Positions 7,825 to 17,592 of a DNA stretch of 19,443 nucleotides are shown one piece after another. The number at the start of each line of letters is the position of its first letter. The first letter of the stretch is position 1. This stretch comes from Planctomycetota bacterium (lineage in GTDB: Bacteria; Planctomycetota; GCA-002687715; DRQF01): the NCBI GenBank assembly GCA_027001995.1, contig JALTLO010000069.1, forward strand, positions 1 to 19,443. Reading direction: 5' to 3'. The notes beneath the pieces were generated by a model. That model did not search any database, was not told the DNA's origin, and worked only from the letters and a program-made list of their open reading frames with translations. Both the position numbers and the translations under genes were made by a program.

Positions 7825-9777
7825 ATGAGCCAATCACCCCAAGAAATCTATCCGCCGTCATCACACTTTGCTTCCCGAGCGCATGTTGGGGAATTCGACG
7901 CATATCATGCTTTGCATGAAGAAAGCGTTTCTGACGCCGAGGAGTTTTGGGCCAAGAGGGGGAGGGAACTTGTTTGGTCGAAGCCATTCTCAAAGACTCT
8001 CGATTGGGATTTTTCCAAGGCTCGGGTCCGTTGGTTCGAGGATGGCGAGCTCAATGCTTCAGTCAATTGCCTTGATCGCCATGTGGATGCTGGTCGTGGG
8101 GATCAATGCGCCATCATTTGGGAAGGTGATGATCCTCAGAAATCAGAGCGAATTTCCTATAGGGAGCTGCTGACCCGAGTTTGTCGTTTCGCCAATGTGT
8201 TGAAGAAACATGGGGTAAAGAAAGGGGATCGAGTCTGCATCTATTTGCCAATGGTCCCGGAGTTGGCTGTTGCCATGTTGGCTTGTGCCAGGATAGGTGC
8301 CATCCATAGCATCGTTTTCGGTGGCTTTAGTGCCGAATCCTTGAAGAACCGCATCCTCGATTCAACCTGTTCCATGCTTATCACCGCCGATGGAGGGTAT
8401 CGGGGTGGCAAAGAGTTGCCATTGGGAAAAATTGCCACGGAGGCTGTTCAAGGTGTTTCCTGCATTCAGAAAATAGTCTGGGTGCAAAACACCGGTACAG
8501 CTTGGGAGCCAGACGAAGAGCGGGATCTCTTGTGGCGGGATGAGGTGGCAGCATCGGATATAGAAGACGCCTGTACCCCGGAAACGATGGGCGCGGAAGA
8601 CCCACTTTTTATCCTCTATACTTCAGGATCGACGGGCAAACCGAAGGGGTTGGTACACACCACAGCAGGTTATCTCACTTATGCCTCTTACACTCACAAG
8701 ATGGTGTTCGATTGGCGGAGGGATGATGTCTATTGGTGCACTGCGGACATTGGCTGGATCACCGGGCACACCTACATCGTCTACGGGCCCTTGGCCAATG
8801 GAGCCACAACTGTGATGTTTGGGGGAGTGCCCAATTATCCGGATATAGGAAGATTCTGGGACGTTTGTGACAAACATGATGTCAGCATTTTTTATACGGC
8901 GCCCACGGCGATTCGTGCAATCATGCGCCATGGAGATGAGCCGGTTCAGTCTCGTTCTCGAGGAAGTTTGAGGCTCCTGGGGACTGTGGGAGAACCCATC
9001 AATCCAGATGTCTGGCGTTGGTACTATGACGTCGTAGGTGATGGTCGTTGTCAAGTCGTTGATACTTATTGGCAGACGGAAACGGGTGGTATTATCATTT
9101 CTCCCTTGCCCGGAGCGACACCAACAAAACCTGGCTCTGCGACCCTACCGATGCCAGGTATCCGACCCGTATTGATGGATGAAAATGGTCAAGTTATTGA
9201 AGGCAATGATGTCGCAGGTAATTTGTGTATGACTTTTCCTTGGCCCGGAATGGCTCGTACTATTTACGGCGATCATGAGAGGTTTCTTCAAACCTATTTT
9301 ACCACTTATCCAGGCACTTATTTTACCGGCGATGGCTGCCGTCGTGATGGTGATGGTTACTATTGGATTACGGGTCGCGTCGATGATGTGATCAACGTTT
9401 CTGGGCATCGATTGGGAACGGCAGAAGTTGAAAGTGCCCTCATCACCCATGATTCTGTGAGTGAAGCTGCGGTTGTGGGAATGCCTCACGAAATCAAAGG
9501 GCAGGGGATTTATGCTTTTGTCACTTTGAGCGCGCAAGCCAAGCAAAATGACGATCTGAAGAAGGAGTTGGTGGAAACTGTGCGCCGCGTTATTGGCCCG
9601 ATTGCTTCCCCAGACTGCATTCAGTTCACAACAGGTCTTCCGAAAACAAGAAGTGGCAAGATCATGAGACGGATCTTGAGGAAAATTGTCGAGCACGAAG
9701 AGGATCGCTTGGGCGATATTTCCACCTTGGCGGATCCCAGTGTTGTGCCTTCCCTTATTGATGGGCGTGTGAACTAG
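7825..9777 (+). CDS. acs: Acetate--CoA ligase (AMP-forming acetyl-CoA synthetase)
   Basis: [20 protein letters not shown]-binding [58 protein letters not shown], and [11 protein letters not shown] (contains the regulatory acetyl-lysine). Confidence 0.98.
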   Translation: MSQSPQEIYPPSSHFASRAHVGEFDAYHALHEESVSDAEEFWAKRGRELVWSKPFSKTLDWDFSKARVRWFEDGELNASVNCLDRHVDAGRGDQCAIIWEGDDPQKSERISYRELLTRVCRFANVLKKHGVKKGDRVCIYLPMVPELAVAMLACARIGAIHSIVFGGFSAESLKNRILDSTCSMLITADGGYRGGKELPLGKIATEAVQGVSCIQKIVWVQNTGTAWEPDEERDLLWRDEVAASDIEDACTPETMGAEDPLFILYTSGSTGKPKGLVHTTAGYLTYASYTHKMVFDWRRDDVYWCTADIGWITGHTYIVYGPLANGATTVMFGGVPNYPDIGRFWDVCDKHDVSIFYTAPTAIRAIMRHGDEPVQSRSRGSLRLLGTVGEPINPDVWRWYYDVVGDGRCQVVDTYWQTETGGIIISPLPGATPTKPGSATLPMPGIRPVLMDENGQVIEGNDVAGNLCMTFPWPGMARTIYGDHERFLQTYFTTYPGTYFTGDGCRRDGDGYYWITGRVDDVINVSGHRLGTAEVESALITHDSVSEAAVVGMPHEIKGQGIYAFVTLSAQAKQNDDLKKELVETVRRVIGPIASPDCIQFTTGLPKTRSGKIMRRILRKIVEHEEDRLGDISTLADPSVVPSLIDGRVN

Positions 9778-10691
9778 TGGCTAGGCGGCGAGGTCGAAAA
9801 GCCTTGGGGCCTGAAGGCATCATTCTTGTCGATAAACCCAAGGGCCCAACATCTCGGGATGTTGTCAATGATCTGCGTCGTCGGCTCGATCTGCCCGGTC
9901 CTGGCCATTGCGGGACTTTAGACCCTCTTGCCACCGGGCTTTTGGTCTTGGTATCTGGCCATGCCACACGGGTTCAAGATCGGCTGACGGGGCACAGTAA
10001 GACCTACTGGGCTCAAGTGCGATTGGGGGCATCCAGTGTCACGGATGATGGCGAAGGACCAATTAGCGAAGAAGAGGCCCCAGCAATTCCAACGGCGCAA
10101 GAAATTGCCCATGCCATCCAAGGGTTCTTGGGGGAAGTCAAGCAGACGCCGCCGATGCATTCCGCCATTAAGGTTGGAGGCGAAAGACTCTACAAGGCGG
10201 CGCGAAGAGGTGAAACAAAAGAGATCCCCGTTCGAACCGTCGTTATTCACGAGATTGTGATTTTGTCCTACGAATGGCCAAATCTGGAATTGTCTGTGGA
10301 TTGCGGATCTGGAACGTATATCAGATCTCTGGCCCGAGATCTTGGGAATTCCCTAGGTACTCAAGCCTACCTGGGAGGTCTAAGACGGACACGCTGCGGC
10401 ACGTTTACCATTGATGAGGCCGTGTCCTTGGATGAAATTGACGTGGACTCGGTCCGGCCACTAGAAGAGTGCCTGGGTGACTGGCCCCGTATCGAGATTC
10501 CTGATGAACAATTGCCGGATCTCTTGCAAGGGAAGGAAATCGTCATGAATGAAGAAGGACGGGTCATTGACGATGCCCTCCTCGTTTGTCACCAACAGAT
10601 CGTTGGGCGATGTAAGAAGTTGAGTCCTCATCGGCTACGGATGAAACGTCTTATCAAACCTCCTTTGGGTGAAATCCCACCGGTTTCTTGA
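9777..10691 (+). CDS. truB: tRNA pseudouridine(55) synthase TruB
   Basis: GIILVDKPKGPTSRDVV, GHCGTLDPLATGLL (catalytic Asp), QTPPMHSAIKVGGERLYKAAR, CGSGTYIRSLARDLG, LRRTRCG. GTG start overlaps the acs TAG by 1 nt. Confidence 0.96.
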   Translation: MARRRGRKALGPEGIILVDKPKGPTSRDVVNDLRRRLDLPGPGHCGTLDPLATGLLVLVSGHATRVQDRLTGHSKTYWAQVRLGASSVTDDGEGPISEEEAPAIPTAQEIAHAIQGFLGEVKQTPPMHSAIKVGGERLYKAARRGETKEIPVRTVVIHEIVILSYEWPNLELSVDCGSGTYIRSLARDLGNSLGTQAYLGGLRRTRCGTFTIDEAVSLDEIDVDSVRPLEECLGDWPRIEIPDEQLPDLLQGKEIVMNEEGRVIDDALLVCHQQIVGRCKKLSPHRLRMKRLIKPPLGEIPPVS

Positions 10692-10802
10692 GGGGGATTT
10701 ACCCATTCCCTTGGGAATTTGATCAATGTTGGGAACAGCATGCACTTTATGGCTATGATTAGGCCTGTTGATTGTCGAAACCACACAACTGAAGACCGAA
10801 CT

Positions 10803-11822
10803 ATGCGTACATTCTACTCAGCCCTCATTTTTGTTCTCCTTTGCTCCTCGAGTTTTGGGCAAACGACACCTCCGGTAAAGCCTAAAATTGGACCACGGCT
10901 CGTTTGTGAGACCAAAGGCTGGGACTTTGGCGTTGTGAGCCAAGGAACCCAGGGCAAGAAGGTGGTCACCATCAAGAATGAAGGTGATGCAGTCTTGAAC
11001 ATCTTGGACATCAAAGTCACTTGTGGTTGCGTTCATGCCTTGATGCCAGACAAGGTTATCCCTCCGGGAGAGAGCCGGGATCTTATTTTGACCCTGACGA
11101 CTTTCCGGGCTTTCGGCATCATTCAAAAACACTGCTATGTCTATTCCAATGACGGCAAAACCAAACGCCCCCTTGTTCTCTCCATCAAAGGCGAGGTCAA
11201 AGCCGACTGGTGGCCAGAAACGCGACAGATACAGTTTGGTCGGGTTGAAGCCGGACAACCTCAAGTGAAGACCTTTAAGATCTTCTCGCGAATCACTCAG
11301 CCCCTCGTTATCGAGAGCATTACCTGTCGAAACCCGAACATTAAAGTTGAGTACAAACTGAGTTCACCGAAGGCCCAGTTGAAGCAAGAGTATTTGGTGA
11401 CAGTCACGCTCTTAGAGACACAGGCCCCGGGGAACTTCGCAGCGGCCATTGCGATTCGTGTCAAGCATCGCCAAACCCCCTTACAGAATGTCATGATCTA
11501 TGGGCGCTTGGAGGGTGACCTAAAAGTCTGGCCACTGAAAGTCTTTGTGGGGCGGATTTTCTATGATCGTCAGGTGCAGAAGACTGTCAAGGTTTCCTTG
11601 CCGGAGGGCTATAGCGTTTTGACGGCCAAGGGGTCCACGGAGTCGATGAAGACTGAAATTCGTCCCATGCCAGACGGCATGTCCTGGGAAATCGACATCT
11701 ATGTCACTGGCTTAGAAAGTGAACAAAACATGGACGAGAGCATGGAAATTCTCACCGACAATTCTGTGCAACCAAGAATTGTTGTTCCTGTTACTTGGGT
11801 TTCACGACCTCAGCGCAAATAG
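10803..11822 (+). CDS. DUF1573-domain secreted protein with tandem Ig-like domains
   Basis: WDFGVV…IKNEGDAVLNILDIKVTCGCV…IPPGES is the DUF1573 pattern (CGC motif). I prefer ATG 10803 over the ORF-track start at 10719 because it gives a clean signal peptide, MRTFYSALIFVLLCSSSFG|Q. Confidence 0.85.
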   Translation: MRTFYSALIFVLLCSSSFGQTTPPVKPKIGPRLVCETKGWDFGVVSQGTQGKKVVTIKNEGDAVLNILDIKVTCGCVHALMPDKVIPPGESRDLILTLTTFRAFGIIQKHCYVYSNDGKTKRPLVLSIKGEVKADWWPETRQIQFGRVEAGQPQVKTFKIFSRITQPLVIESITCRNPNIKVEYKLSSPKAQLKQEYLVTVTLLETQAPGNFAAAIAIRVKHRQTPLQNVMIYGRLEGDLKVWPLKVFVGRIFYDRQVQKTVKVSLPEGYSVLTAKGSTESMKTEIRPMPDGMSWEIDIYVTGLESEQNMDESMEILTDNSVQPRIVVPVTWVSRPQRK

Positions 11823-11841
11823 ACGAAAAGGCTCGCAATTC

Positions 11842-13212
11842 TCACTCGAAGATCTGCTTGAGAACAAGCTCTTTTATGTCGGTGAGATGCCAGTTCTTGT
11901 CATCGCATTCAGCTTCAGAAGAAATGAGGATAGGGCCCTGTTGTTTGTCGGCGACCAAGATCCCATGAGATCCTTTGACTAAGGACGTGTCCAAAGGGAT
12001 GACGTCCATGATCATGCGAAACCCAAGCATTTTCTTGAGGACCTTAATGCCGATCTTAGCCTTCAGAAACTTGATGGATGGGTCAGCGAAGAGTTCTACA
12101 GGGTCGTATCCAGGTTTGCGGTGGATATCGACGGAACGGGCGTAGTCAGGGGCCAGGTGGTCTTCTTCCCAGAAATAATAGCTAAACCACTTGTCGGTTT
12201 CTGCGACACAAAGGAGCTCACCGCTCCTTTCATGGTTCAACCCGAACTCTTCCATCTGGGAGCGATCCAAGACCCCATCAATGCCTGGTGTTTTCTCCAA
12301 AACGGAACGTACGGCAGCGATGTTTTTTGGCTCTTGAATGTAGACATGGGCGACTTGGTGGTCGGCAACTGCGAAGGCCAAAGAAGCGCCTGGATCGAGG
12401 TTTTCTAACTCCAATTGAGGCTGAACTCTGAGGAATCCCGCCCGCCGCAAAACGCGGTTGATATGAACGGCGCCGTTTACCTCTCCGATGCCATACTCAG
12501 AAACCACCAGGATTTTTCGTCCTTGAGCCAAAGACGCTTCGATAAGCGGCTTCACGCAGTTGTCCAAGTCACGGAGATCCTGGCGCACCGCTGGATCATT
12601 GGGCCCCAATCTTTGCAGGTTGTAGTCTAAGTGAGGTATGTAGGTTAGAAGCAAGGTGGGGTCGACATCGTGCATAGCCTTGATGCTTGCTTGGGCTATC
12701 CAGTTGCTTGATCGAATGTCCGCTGTTGGTCCCCAAAAGTTGAACAGGGGAAAAGCAGGATAGTCTTTTTCGAATTGATCTCGGAAACCTTGGGGTGCCC
12801 CATAGATGCCTGGTAATTTCTTTCCATCGGCAAAGTAGAGCGGCCGGGGAGTGAGAGAGGTATCAACATCGGCATACATGTTGTACCACCAGAACATGTT
12901 GCAAGAAGTGAAATTTGGGTCTCGTTTCTTAGCGGCGTCCCAGATCTTCTCGCCCCGGACCAAGCGATTACTTTGTCGCCACAGCCAAACTTCTGACAGG
13001 TCGCGAAAATACCAACCGTTGCCAACGATGCCGTGGTCTTGTGGCATGAGACCAGTGAGCATGCTGCTCTGAGCTGAACAAGTGACACCTGGGAGGATGC
13101 CTTGCATAGGAGCAGCAAACCCCTTCTTCGCTAAGGCCGTTAGGGTGGGGGTATCATCTCCCAAGTGAGCGGGGGTTAAGCCCACACAATTCAACAAAAG
13201 TAACTTCTTCAT
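11842..13212 (-). CDS. Alkaline phosphatase superfamily / nucleotide pyrophosphatase-phosphodiesterase, EboF-like
   Basis: LLNCVGLTP, PGVTCSAQSSMLTG (Thr nucleophile), HGIVGNGWYFRD, WRQSN, FPLFNFWGP, YIPHLDYNLQR, SEYG, AFAVADHQVAHVY, VDIHRKPGYDPVELF and VKGSHG all match what I recall of the EboF subfamily. No signal peptide. Confidence 0.88.
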   Translation of the reverse strand: MKKLLLLNCVGLTPAHLGDDTPTLTALAKKGFAAPMQGILPGVTCSAQSSMLTGLMPQDHGIVGNGWYFRDLSEVWLWRQSNRLVRGEKIWDAAKKRDPNFTSCNMFWWYNMYADVDTSLTPRPLYFADGKKLPGIYGAPQGFRDQFEKDYPAFPLFNFWGPTADIRSSNWIAQASIKAMHDVDPTLLLTYIPHLDYNLQRLGPNDPAVRQDLRDLDNCVKPLIEASLAQGRKILVVSEYGIGEVNGAVHINRVLRRAGFLRVQPQLELENLDPGASLAFAVADHQVAHVYIQEPKNIAAVRSVLEKTPGIDGVLDRSQMEEFGLNHERSGELLCVAETDKWFSYYFWEEDHLAPDYARSVDIHRKPGYDPVELFADPSIKFLKAKIGIKVLKKMLGFRMIMDVIPLDTSLVKGSHGILVADKQQGPILISSEAECDDKNWHLTDIKELVLKQIFE

Positions 13213-13264
13213 GCACTTAGTCGGCCCTATTTATGAGATTGTGGTCGTTGTGCCATAAGTTGGG

Positions 13265-13948
13265 TCAATCGCCAGCTTGGTTTTCGCTTGTCCTGAGGGA
13301 TGGCGACTGTGTGTCATGGCGCAAGAGTTTCTCGATCATGGCGCGAATGATGTCAATGGCAATTTTATTCTTACCTCCCTTGGGAATGATGAGGTCGGCT
13401 TCTCGTTTACTTGGTTCAACAAAGGACATGTGCATGGGCCGTACGTCTTTTTCGTACTGCACCAAAATCTCTTCCAAGGTGCGGCCGCGCTGGACCATAT
13501 CCCGTCGGATTCGACGAAGCAGACGGATGTCATCTGGCGTATCGACGAATAATTTAATGTCAAGGATCTCTCGGATGCGTTTGAAACAGAAAGGAAGGAT
13601 GCCTTCAAGAACGACGATCAAGGGAGCTTTGAGGAATTCAGTCTCAGTCTTGCGATTGTGGTTCACATAGTCGTAAATGGGGATGTGGACGGAGCGTCCT
13701 TGGCGGAGTGCTTGCAAGTGTTCGACCAATAGATCGACGTCAAAGGCGTCAGGGTGGTCAAAATTGACTGTCTTCCGCTCTTCGATGTTGAGGTGACTGA
13801 GATCCTTGTAGTAGGCGTCCAAGACGATCACAGCCACTGATTCTGGGCCATATTCTTCAACAATACGGTTAGACACCAGGGTCTTGCCAGATCCGGAACC
13901 CCCAGCAATTCCGATTAAGATGTGTCTCTTTGTCATTGTTCGCTCCAT
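13265..13948 (-). CDS. udk: Uridine kinase
   Basis: IGIAGGSGSGKT P-loop, DAYYKD, NFDHPDAFD, PIYDYVNHNR, EGIL, DIRLLRRIRRDMVQRGR, PMHMSFVEPSKREADLIIP. The start could alternatively be ATG 13936. Confidence 0.96.
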   Translation of the reverse strand: MERTMTKRHILIGIAGGSGSGKTLVSNRIVEEYGPESVAVIVLDAYYKDLSHLNIEERKTVNFDHPDAFDVDLLVEHLQALRQGRSVHIPIYDYVNHNRKTETEFLKAPLIVVLEGILPFCFKRIREILDIKLFVDTPDDIRLLRRIRRDMVQRGRTLEEILVQYEKDVRPMHMSFVEPSKREADLIIPKGGKNKIAIDIIRAMIEKLLRHDTQSPSLRTSENQAGD

Positions 13949-14057
13949 TGAATGCTCCCGCCATCATAGCGAATGTCATGGGCCACTAAAGGTCAACTTG
14001 GGATACACTTAGAAATCCATGGGTAGCACCCTGGGTAAGGATTGATATTATCCCAAT

Positions 14058-15938
14058 ATGAATCAAGACGATGTGCCTCCAAACCCAGATTGCAGATTGC
14101 CCGATGGCGAAAGACCGACTCGGGGGCTTGACTCTGCACACTTGCTGATCGCGATTTCCCTGGCGCTTGTCGCCGTGCTGCCTTTTTGGGATGTGACACC
14201 GACATTTCGTTCCGATGATGTTCTGCTCATTGCCCAGGGACATGAGAACTCGATCTTAGGGGGAGCCCTTCGGAGTTTCATGCGCCCTTTTGGTGATACC
14301 CGCAGTATCGAATTCTATCGTCCATTGTTCAGTTTTGATTTTTGCGTGGAGGGCGCTCTTTTTGGTGACAACGCAGCGCCGTACCAGGGGGTCAGTCTAT
14401 TTCTCCATGGGTTGAGCGTGATCCTGAGCTATTTCTTCTTGAAGCGGCTCTGGGGTTCGAGAGTCGCTTTCGTGGCTACCCTCATTTTCGCCTTGAGCCC
14501 ATGGTCGGCAAACAATGTTGCCTGGATCGCTGGACGATGCACGACTGTGGCAACGATTTGTATGTTTGCTGTCGGCTTACTGCATGACCGTGGTCGCAGA
14601 TCGGGGAAGCAGGTGTCATCCTTGGCTTTTCTCTGCGCCTTGTTTGGTGTGTTTTATCGGGAGACAGCTCTCTTCGCTCCGGCATTCGCTCTCGCTTTGG
14701 ACCTTGGTGCTAACCGAAAACTATCTTGGGTTGCCTACGGCTTCTACTCCATTCCTTTTGCACTCTATCTGGGTGCAAAACGGTTGGTGGTTGGAACCGT
14801 GCTGGGTGGATACTCCGGACTGGACGCCATGCGAGGAGAAGCGGGAGGTTTGTTCCAAGTCTCGCCCGCAGAGGTGGGGGCCAGTCTCGGACGATTGTTG
14901 GCCCGGGCACCGGATTCTGCTGCCGGTGAGTTTGATGGGTTGTCCTTTGGTTTTGTGGCCATTGTTCTTGTAGCTGCCGTGGCGCTTTTTTGGAGTGGGC
15001 GCTGGCGCCGCTGGACGACTTGGCTGCTATTCTTCTTCATTCTAGCCCATGGGGTTCTTCTGTGCATGGCTGACAGCGTCGTACACCCTGGCACTTCCCA
15101 ACGGTGGCATACAGTTGTTTGGGCCATGGCTGCTCTTGTGGGTTTGGGTCTCTGTCAAGTGCCAAAGAAACCCATTCTCTGGCTCTGCGTTTTGGCTATT
15201 TCAGGGATGCAGACTTATACGCTTCGTTCCCATCTGTCGGACTATGATGTCTCAGCGAAACTCGCCAATGTTCTGCGCTTGAGCATTAACGCCTCGGTTG
15301 AAAATGAGGTCTTTGTCTATAACTTGAAACCCTATTACGGTGGAGCGCCTTTCTTTGAAATCGGGGCCGGGCAATTAGCGCTTCCTCCATTTGGCTCAGG
15401 CAAGAAATCCGTCTATCCCTTGGCTCATTTTAACGCCTACGGCAAGGACCCCCGTTTGACACAAACACCCATCGCCGCTTTTACTCAAGAGCAAGGTGAG
15501 TTGGCCAGTGTCTTGTGGATTGACTATGAAAGTGGGGCCGTATTCGACTTTCCGGAAACGGACCTCAAGGACTCCTGGGGAGCATTTCAGAAAATCCCCA
15601 ATCTCCACCTTATCTCGCCGAGAGTGGGACAGGACGGGGAGCTTAGTTCTTCCCTTGAGGTCAACGTTGAGGGCATCAACCGAATCGAGATTCACTTGAT
15701 CTGTTCGTTGGTAGAAATGAGGTTTACCAGACGTCGAGGCCAAGGGGAATTTGTTCCTGACGCGTCTATCTATCGAGAGGATCTGGGCGATATCTATGCA
15801 ATGGCAAGCCACATGATACGTGGGTCCAAAAGTCGCGCCTGGTTGTGGATTGCGGCCTATGAAGACCCGTTTGCAGTCAGCGAACCAAAAGCCGTCAGTG
15901 TGTTCATAGAATTGGAGCTGCGGTCTGATCGGAACTAA
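14058..15938 (+). CDS. Polytopic membrane protein, GT-C fold glycosyltransferase (ArnT/PMT/TMTC-like), with a soluble C-terminal domain
   Basis: Acidic SDD motif right after TM1, FYRPL, LFLHGL, about 10-11 hydrophobic segments, VAWIAGR and YRETA motifs, then a ~230-aa hydrophilic tail. The start codon is uncertain. Confidence 0.72.
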   Translation: MNQDDVPPNPDCRLPDGERPTRGLDSAHLLIAISLALVAVLPFWDVTPTFRSDDVLLIAQGHENSILGGALRSFMRPFGDTRSIEFYRPLFSFDFCVEGALFGDNAAPYQGVSLFLHGLSVILSYFFLKRLWGSRVAFVATLIFALSPWSANNVAWIAGRCTTVATICMFAVGLLHDRGRRSGKQVSSLAFLCALFGVFYRETALFAPAFALALDLGANRKLSWVAYGFYSIPFALYLGAKRLVVGTVLGGYSGLDAMRGEAGGLFQVSPAEVGASLGRLLARAPDSAAGEFDGLSFGFVAIVLVAAVALFWSGRWRRWTTWLLFFFILAHGVLLCMADSVVHPGTSQRWHTVVWAMAALVGLGLCQVPKKPILWLCVLAISGMQTYTLRSHLSDYDVSAKLANVLRLSINASVENEVFVYNLKPYYGGAPFFEIGAGQLALPPFGSGKKSVYPLAHFNAYGKDPRLTQTPIAAFTQEQGELASVLWIDYESGAVFDFPETDLKDSWGAFQKIPNLHLISPRVGQDGELSSSLEVNVEGINRIEIHLICSLVEMRFTRRRGQGEFVPDASIYREDLGDIYAMASHMIRGSKSRAWLWIAAYEDPFAVSEPKAVSVFIELELRSDRN

Positions 15939-15951
15939 CTCTGGAAGTGAC

Positions 15952-17592
15952 TCAAGGTGCCATCAACATGGCGATGCCGTTGGAAGACCCTGGAGATGGT
16001 GTCACTTCATAGAATTGAATGAAGACGTAGAGCCCGGCTATAGCCGGAAATTGACGGGACACAGCTTGGACGTTCACCGAGCCACTGAAATCGAAGCCAA
16101 AATTTCCGCTGTCGATGAGGTTGGCTGGATCGACGGCGATCAGCAATGGGAACCCGAAAGAGAGTAAGAAGTCTGTCGGGGCGTAGCTGACACCGAAGAG
16201 TCCTGTGCCGCCAAAAGTTGCGCCCTTACATTGGATGCTACCGGTGAGGGAAAAGGGGTCGTTGTTGTCTGGGGTCCAATCCAATTGGAGTTTTTGGGGC
16301 CCTAAGTCGGATTGGTATCTGAGAACAGGAAGCGTCGATGACAAAATGACTTGGGCCTGCCCAGCGTTCGTACCCGTGGTGTCATCAAGGCGAATGCCAA
16401 CGAATGAATCTGGAAACCCATCACCGTTGATGTCGGGAGATCCGCTCACGGAGAAGCCAAATTGGTTTTGGGCATTGGTCCCATCGACGGACATCAGGAG
16501 AGAACTATCGCGACCAGAAATGACCCGGTAACCTCCCGCATTGAGGGCGAGGTTGCTGGCTCCTGGGGCCCCAACGATGACATCATCGAAACCATCGCGA
16601 TTGAGATCATCGGCGCAATCGACGGCATAGCCAAAAACCTCACTGGGGTTCGCACCATCGACGGTGCTGAGAATGACTCCGGTTGCTCCCGAATAGACGT
16701 AAACTCGTCCAGTGTCCGTGCCGCCATGGTCGGCGAATGGGGCACCTGCAGCGATATCGGGTGTACCGTCCCGGTCGAAATCCCCAGCGGAGGACAATCC
16801 ATATCCCAATTCCGCCTCAAAATCTCCACCGTCAAAGGTGAAAAGGACACCGGCATTCGCCCCGGAGAAAACCCGAACGGAACCGCCGTTATTGGTCAGA
16901 TTGTCGTCGGCAATGGCACCGACGGCGAAGTCACCTATGTTGTCGTTGTTGATGTCACCTATGCCGGTCACGGTGAAGCCAAATAGATCTTCTGCTGAAT
17001 CTCCGAACACCGAGAATAATTGAGAGCCATCAAGTCCTGAGTAAATGTGGGCGGCACCAGCATTGCTTCCATTCGTCGGATCTTGGATCGCCCCGACAAT
17101 CACATCGTCGAATCCATCGCCATTGATGTCGCCGAGGTCCCCAACAGATTGGCCAAAGCGGGTGCCAGACAACCCATCGTTGAGGGCGTACAACTGACTG
17201 CCATCGAATCCGGAGTAAACATAGGCGTATCCGATTTGTCCAGACAAGAAGATTGCTGGGGCTCCCACGATGTAGTCCTGAAACCCATCGTTGTTTACGT
17301 CACCAGCGGCAGAAACGGCGGTCCCGAATGCACTGCCGGTGACCCCGCTTGAGGATGTGTATACTTCAAGGCCGGTGGCGCCGGAAAAGACACGGGCAAC
17401 TCCGGTCAAGGACCCCAAGCTGCTGTCAAAGGGAGCGCCGGCAATGTAGTCGACAACACCATCGCCATCTGCATCGCCTATGGCATCAACAGCGGTCCCC
17501 AAAAAACTATTGGCGAAACCTCCGTTGAAATTGAAGGCAACTGTCTGTGCGGAAGCCGCTGACATGAGGACTCCAAAGCAAATGAACCTCAA
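15952..17592 (-). CDS. Secreted FG-GAP (integrin-alpha-like) seven-bladed beta-propeller protein with an unannotated C-terminal domain
   Basis: Seven FG…GD-x-D/N-x-DG-x-x-D…GAP repeats with Ca2+-binding DxDxDG-type loops (aa ~30-415). Signal peptide ends ASA|Q. The start codon is unresolved (see findings). Confidence 0.92.
   Translation of the reverse strand: MRFICFGVLMSAASAQTVAFNFNGGFANSFLGTAVDAIGDADGDGVVDYIAGAPFDSSLGSLTGVARVFSGATGLEVYTSSSGVTGSAFGTAVSAAGDVNNDGFQDYIVGAPAIFLSGQIGYAYVYSGFDGSQLYALNDGLSGTRFGQSVGDLGDINGDGFDDVIVGAIQDPTNGSNAGAAHIYSGLDGSQLFSVFGDSAEDLFGFTVTGIGDINNDNIGDFAVGAIADDNLTNNGGSVRVFSGANAGVLFTFDGGDFEAELGYGLSSAGDFDRDGTPDIAAGAPFADHGGTDTGRVYVYSGATGVILSTVDGANPSEVFGYAVDCADDLNRDGFDDVIVGAPGASNLALNAGGYRVISGRDSSLLMSVDGTNAQNQFGFSVSGSPDINGDGFPDSFVGIRLDDTTGTNAGQAQVILSSTLPVLRYQSDLGPQKLQLDWTPDNNDPFSLTGSIQCKGATFGGTGLFGVSYAPTDFLLSFGFPLLIAVDPANLIDSGNFGFDFSGSVNVQAVSRQFPAIAGLYVFIQFYEVTPSPGSSNGIAMLMAP

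Noticed and set aside
10705..10718. Palindrome ATTCCC-TT-GGGAAT after truB
   Set aside because: It has only 6-bp arms and a loop too short for a terminator, and there is no second copy to support an operator.
10719..10802. 28-codon N-terminal extension of the DUF1573 ORF from TTG 10719
   Set aside because: It would bury the signal peptide; ATG 10803 gives a typical Sec signal.
16350..17510. Recurrent ccatc/gtcgcc-type DNA repeats suggesting a repeat array or CRISPR
   Set aside because: They are explained by the seven protein-level FG-GAP repeats; there are no identical repeats with unique spacers and no cas genes.
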